Of a stretch of 40,469 nt of DNA, positions 37,268 through 40,469 are shown one piece after another (position 1 is the stretch's first letter; each line of letters starts with the position of its first letter). Where the stretch lies: assembly GCF_001194135.2 (NCBI RefSeq), contig NC_068986.1, positions 67,209,640 through 67,250,108 on the forward strand, given 5' to 3'. The notes beneath the pieces were generated by a model. It searched no databases and had not been told where the DNA came from. It saw only the letters and a list, made by a program, of their open reading frames with translations. This DNA is from Octopus bimaculoides. Taxonomy: Eukaryota. The position numbers and the translations under genes are program-made.

Positions 37268-38965
37268 CATCATTGTTTTTCATTTTGAACCTTGTTTAGT
37301 TGTTTCGACTATCACTATGCGAAGTAAAAAAAAACAAACTTTACAACAAAGGCTAGAAGTAGTTGCCGAAGAACTCTTAAATCGTTCCCTGTCAACCGTA
37401 AAATACAGGTATAGGGACAAATTTTATAATCTGATCCTAAATGCACAGTCTAAAGAGAATGTCATTGGGATTGTCGCAGCTTGAATGCCTTGATATGATA
37501 GACGATATTCTTAGAAATTCTATTGTTTCACACTAACCTGTGGTTAAACAAGAACAAATATATCGTTTTTATAGTTTCTATTATCACAGTAGTTGCTTTT
37601 ATTACTATACTTAGTATTTTCTTTTCACCATTCTGTTAAAACCATTATCGTTATTATTGATGGTGTTGAATATAGTCTTTGTCACTCATTTGATATATGT
37701 AATGAAGCAAATCAAAGTATTTGATTTTTGTTAAAAATTCAAAAGTAAAACAGCGAAACATGGTCAACTATCACACTGACCTATAAACTGGTAATTTATT
37801 AGTCAAATAACTTCAAACTATTTACTTGAAAATGCAAACTACTTTCTGACAACCCTAATATAGTCGTACGTGTAGGTGTATAATTGGTTGTGATCATTCT
37901 GAAAGACATTATCGGTGTTAATAAAGGTATCAGTCAGAGATTAAGCCAGTTATTGGATACGTAAAAATATGCATGCCAAACGTGCACACCGAGCGTCTTC
38001 ATTATAATTTCTTGTAAGACGTTTAATTTGGTAATAAATATCGTGTTAAGCCTTACAAGTTTTTACGCATATGATGAGCATTAGAACATAGAATCCAATT
38101 GTTTCCTGAATGTGTAAATACCTAATTCTCATTCGTGTGGCATTTAACGGATTTTGTAGAATAGACTATCCTACGTAGAACACAGTAAGCTTTATACTCT
38201 ACGATTAAGTGGATGTTTTACTGGATAGGCCACAATAGAATCCAGAACTACGATGACAAAATAGCGACCCTTTAAGATAGAAATAAGAGGTCACCAATGA
38301 CTATGGATGTTTACTATTTAATGAAATAAACCAGTCTCTAACCTCTATAGAATATATTTCCTAGTTTGCAGCGAAACTGGCTATTGTTACTGTTTTTTAT
38401 TCTTGTTCTTATTTATTTTCTAGAGAGAGAGAAAAATATGACATTAATTAGCAAGAAAATTTATCAGCTAATGATGTGAACTCATCTTTGCTCTCCTAGC
38501 CAGACCGATATCCTAATGCAAAGCTATCTCACAGAATTAATTAATTTGTCTATTATTTTGTATCGATCTGCGTTTCAATGCAATATTGTGTTCATTAACG
38601 AAGTACAGTTTATTCAGGCAGACTTCCTTAATTTCTCCCGAGTGCAGACAGATCATTTTTGTCTATTTCTCAGTGTACTACTTTAAAATACACACACTCG
38701 TTTTCCAATATTCTTGTAAATTTATTTTCTCTTATAAAAAGAATTTCATTTATTATTTCCACCGCACTCTCTTTTTAATGTAAAAAAAAACACACAGGAA
38801 AACAAAAACAATTAACTTCGAGAAAATAGAATTTCTAAAACAAAAGAAAAAAATATGATTATAATAAACTTGCATTTTGTCCAAGTTTTCTAAATTTTTG
38901 CAGAATTTTATTCTCAATCGAAACTTAGATATTGATATTAGTTCTTTAGTAAAGAAGGACTGTTA

Positions 38966-39217
38966 TTGGGTTGGTGCATAATTATTGCGGCTTTTTTTCA
39001 ACAAACTTTATTAAAAAAAAACAATAACATCATGTAACAAAAAGATCTTTTAATGATTATTCCGGAGCATATTCACCATCTACTTCAAATACTGCTTCCC
39101 ATTTGCTTTGCAGACAGTCAGACCGCCATTTACAGATGTTTTTGTCAAATATTGTTACTGTTTTTGTTGAATAAAATTTGTTGGGGGAAAAAAAGCAAAA
39201 ATTATGCACCAACCCAG
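38966..39217 (-). mobile_element. Mariner deletion derivative / MITE (252 bp) with TA target duplication
   Basis: TA|TTGGGTTGGTGCATAATTATTGC ... GCAAAAATTATGCACCAACCCAG|TA. The internal minus strand reads LQSKWEAVFEVDGEYAPE*, like a mariner transposase C-terminus (L..RW..V...DGEY). Confidence 0.88.
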
Positions 39218-40029
39218 TAGAATTGTAATAAAATCTAAAGCGCTTCTATAATGAAATATGCATATGTATATGAAGTTTTATAGAAGCCATAACGGCAAAC
39301 TGACATTGGGATGTTGTTTGAATCTCACGCTAATCAATTTTACCATTAAAAATCATGTTCTGGATATCTCATATTCTGTGCAATACCAACTACTTCAAGA
39401 GAAAATAGGACAGTTATAAAATTTTATAATAATTTTATAATTCTCTATGTAATCTTTGAACATTACAGTTTTCTACAAAAATATTCATCTGTAGGTTCTT
39501 TTAAATCCCTCTCACACTTCAACTTTAGCTCTCCTTCCTAGAAGGCATACGAGAATTGGTGTCTTCTCGTGAGTTTTCTTTTTATACGCAAATCATGGGG
39601 TACGTTCTATCATAATGAACCCTGTATGATAAACTTTTAATGGAAAGAGTAGAAACTATGTCTCGCAAAGGCGTCGATGTAGCGACTACATTGCAGGAGG
39701 ATCGTAAGTTATAAAGTATCTCACTGTATTGAATTTAGATGAATGCTAAACTAGTCGATACACTCCTTATGTCACACATATGTATGGACGAGTGGTTCAT
39801 ATTTCTAATTATTTTAGATCAAGATTAGAATATCATACCTAATTTATAGGATCTATACCTTATAATATATATATTTCCAGCCATAATGGAGACGAATTCC
39901 AACATTCCGATGTGTCAGACTGGAACAATTGTAACCATTGATTGAAATGAAAGCATTGGTAGCCTTTTTACCCCACAAATAAAGAATATTTATCAACCAA
40001 TGCGGAGTTGAACATTCATTCTTACTGTT

Positions 40030-40115
40030 CAATAGTAATATNNNNNNNNNNGTGTGTGTGTGTATACACACACACGTATATACTCGCACACACGTACCAC
40101 GAACAAACAAACATA

Positions 40116-40149
<34 letters not shown>

Positions 40150-40438
40150 CATACAAACATACACATACAGACATACAAACATTATGAATATCCATATGTG
40201 TGTGTAAGATATATGGGTACATGTGTGTCTGTATGTTCGCATGTATGTATCTTTGTGCCTATGCAAATATATTCGTATGTTTAGGTTTAGGTATGGAAAC
40301 GTAAGCATGAAAAAGAGTGCTGAATCTATTTGTTAGAGTTTATTTATTTGCGCAAAATTGATAATTAGCTAATTAACTCATTAGCCACCCGGAGAAAATC
40401 ATCGGAATATACAAATAATTATGTGTGTGTGTTTGTGT

Positions 40439-40469
<31 letters not shown>
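40030..40469. repeat. (TG)/(TA)/(CA) microsatellite region including a 10-N gap (40042-40051)
   Basis: Read directly. Confidence 0.85.

Noticed and set aside
1-40469. CRISPR arrays, rRNA, intact tRNA genes, prokaryotic operons
   Set aside because: None seen; the repeats are microsatellites and interspersed eukaryotic TEs without repeat-spacer periodicity.

Overview
AT-rich, microsatellite-dense eukaryotic genomic DNA with five N gaps. The repeat families look like octopus/cephalopod (inference from recalled repeat motifs, not a search). No host protein-coding gene can be identified with confidence. Most ORFs in the supplied track are microsatellite, gap or chance ORFs. What can be supported is a layered transposon landscape: (1) a Penelope-like GIY-YIG endonuclease remnant (333-515, -); (2) a ~570-bp head-to-head foldback element (2678-3250) whose arms carry a tRNA-like Pol III cassette and, in the left arm only, a Penelope-type minimal hammerhead ribozyme motif; (3) a decayed HERO-clade non-LTR retrotransposon (~18200-20270, -) abutting an R4/Dong RT fragment (+); (4) two Helitron derivatives with Rep/helicase coding remnants and CTAG 3' ends; (5) a mariner MITE; (6) a TIR element plus AT-rich palindrome; (7) many copies of two tRNA-derived SINE families. 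The most interesting object is the tRNA-head + hammerhead foldback element. A few candidate host exons with canonical splice signals are flagged at low confidence.
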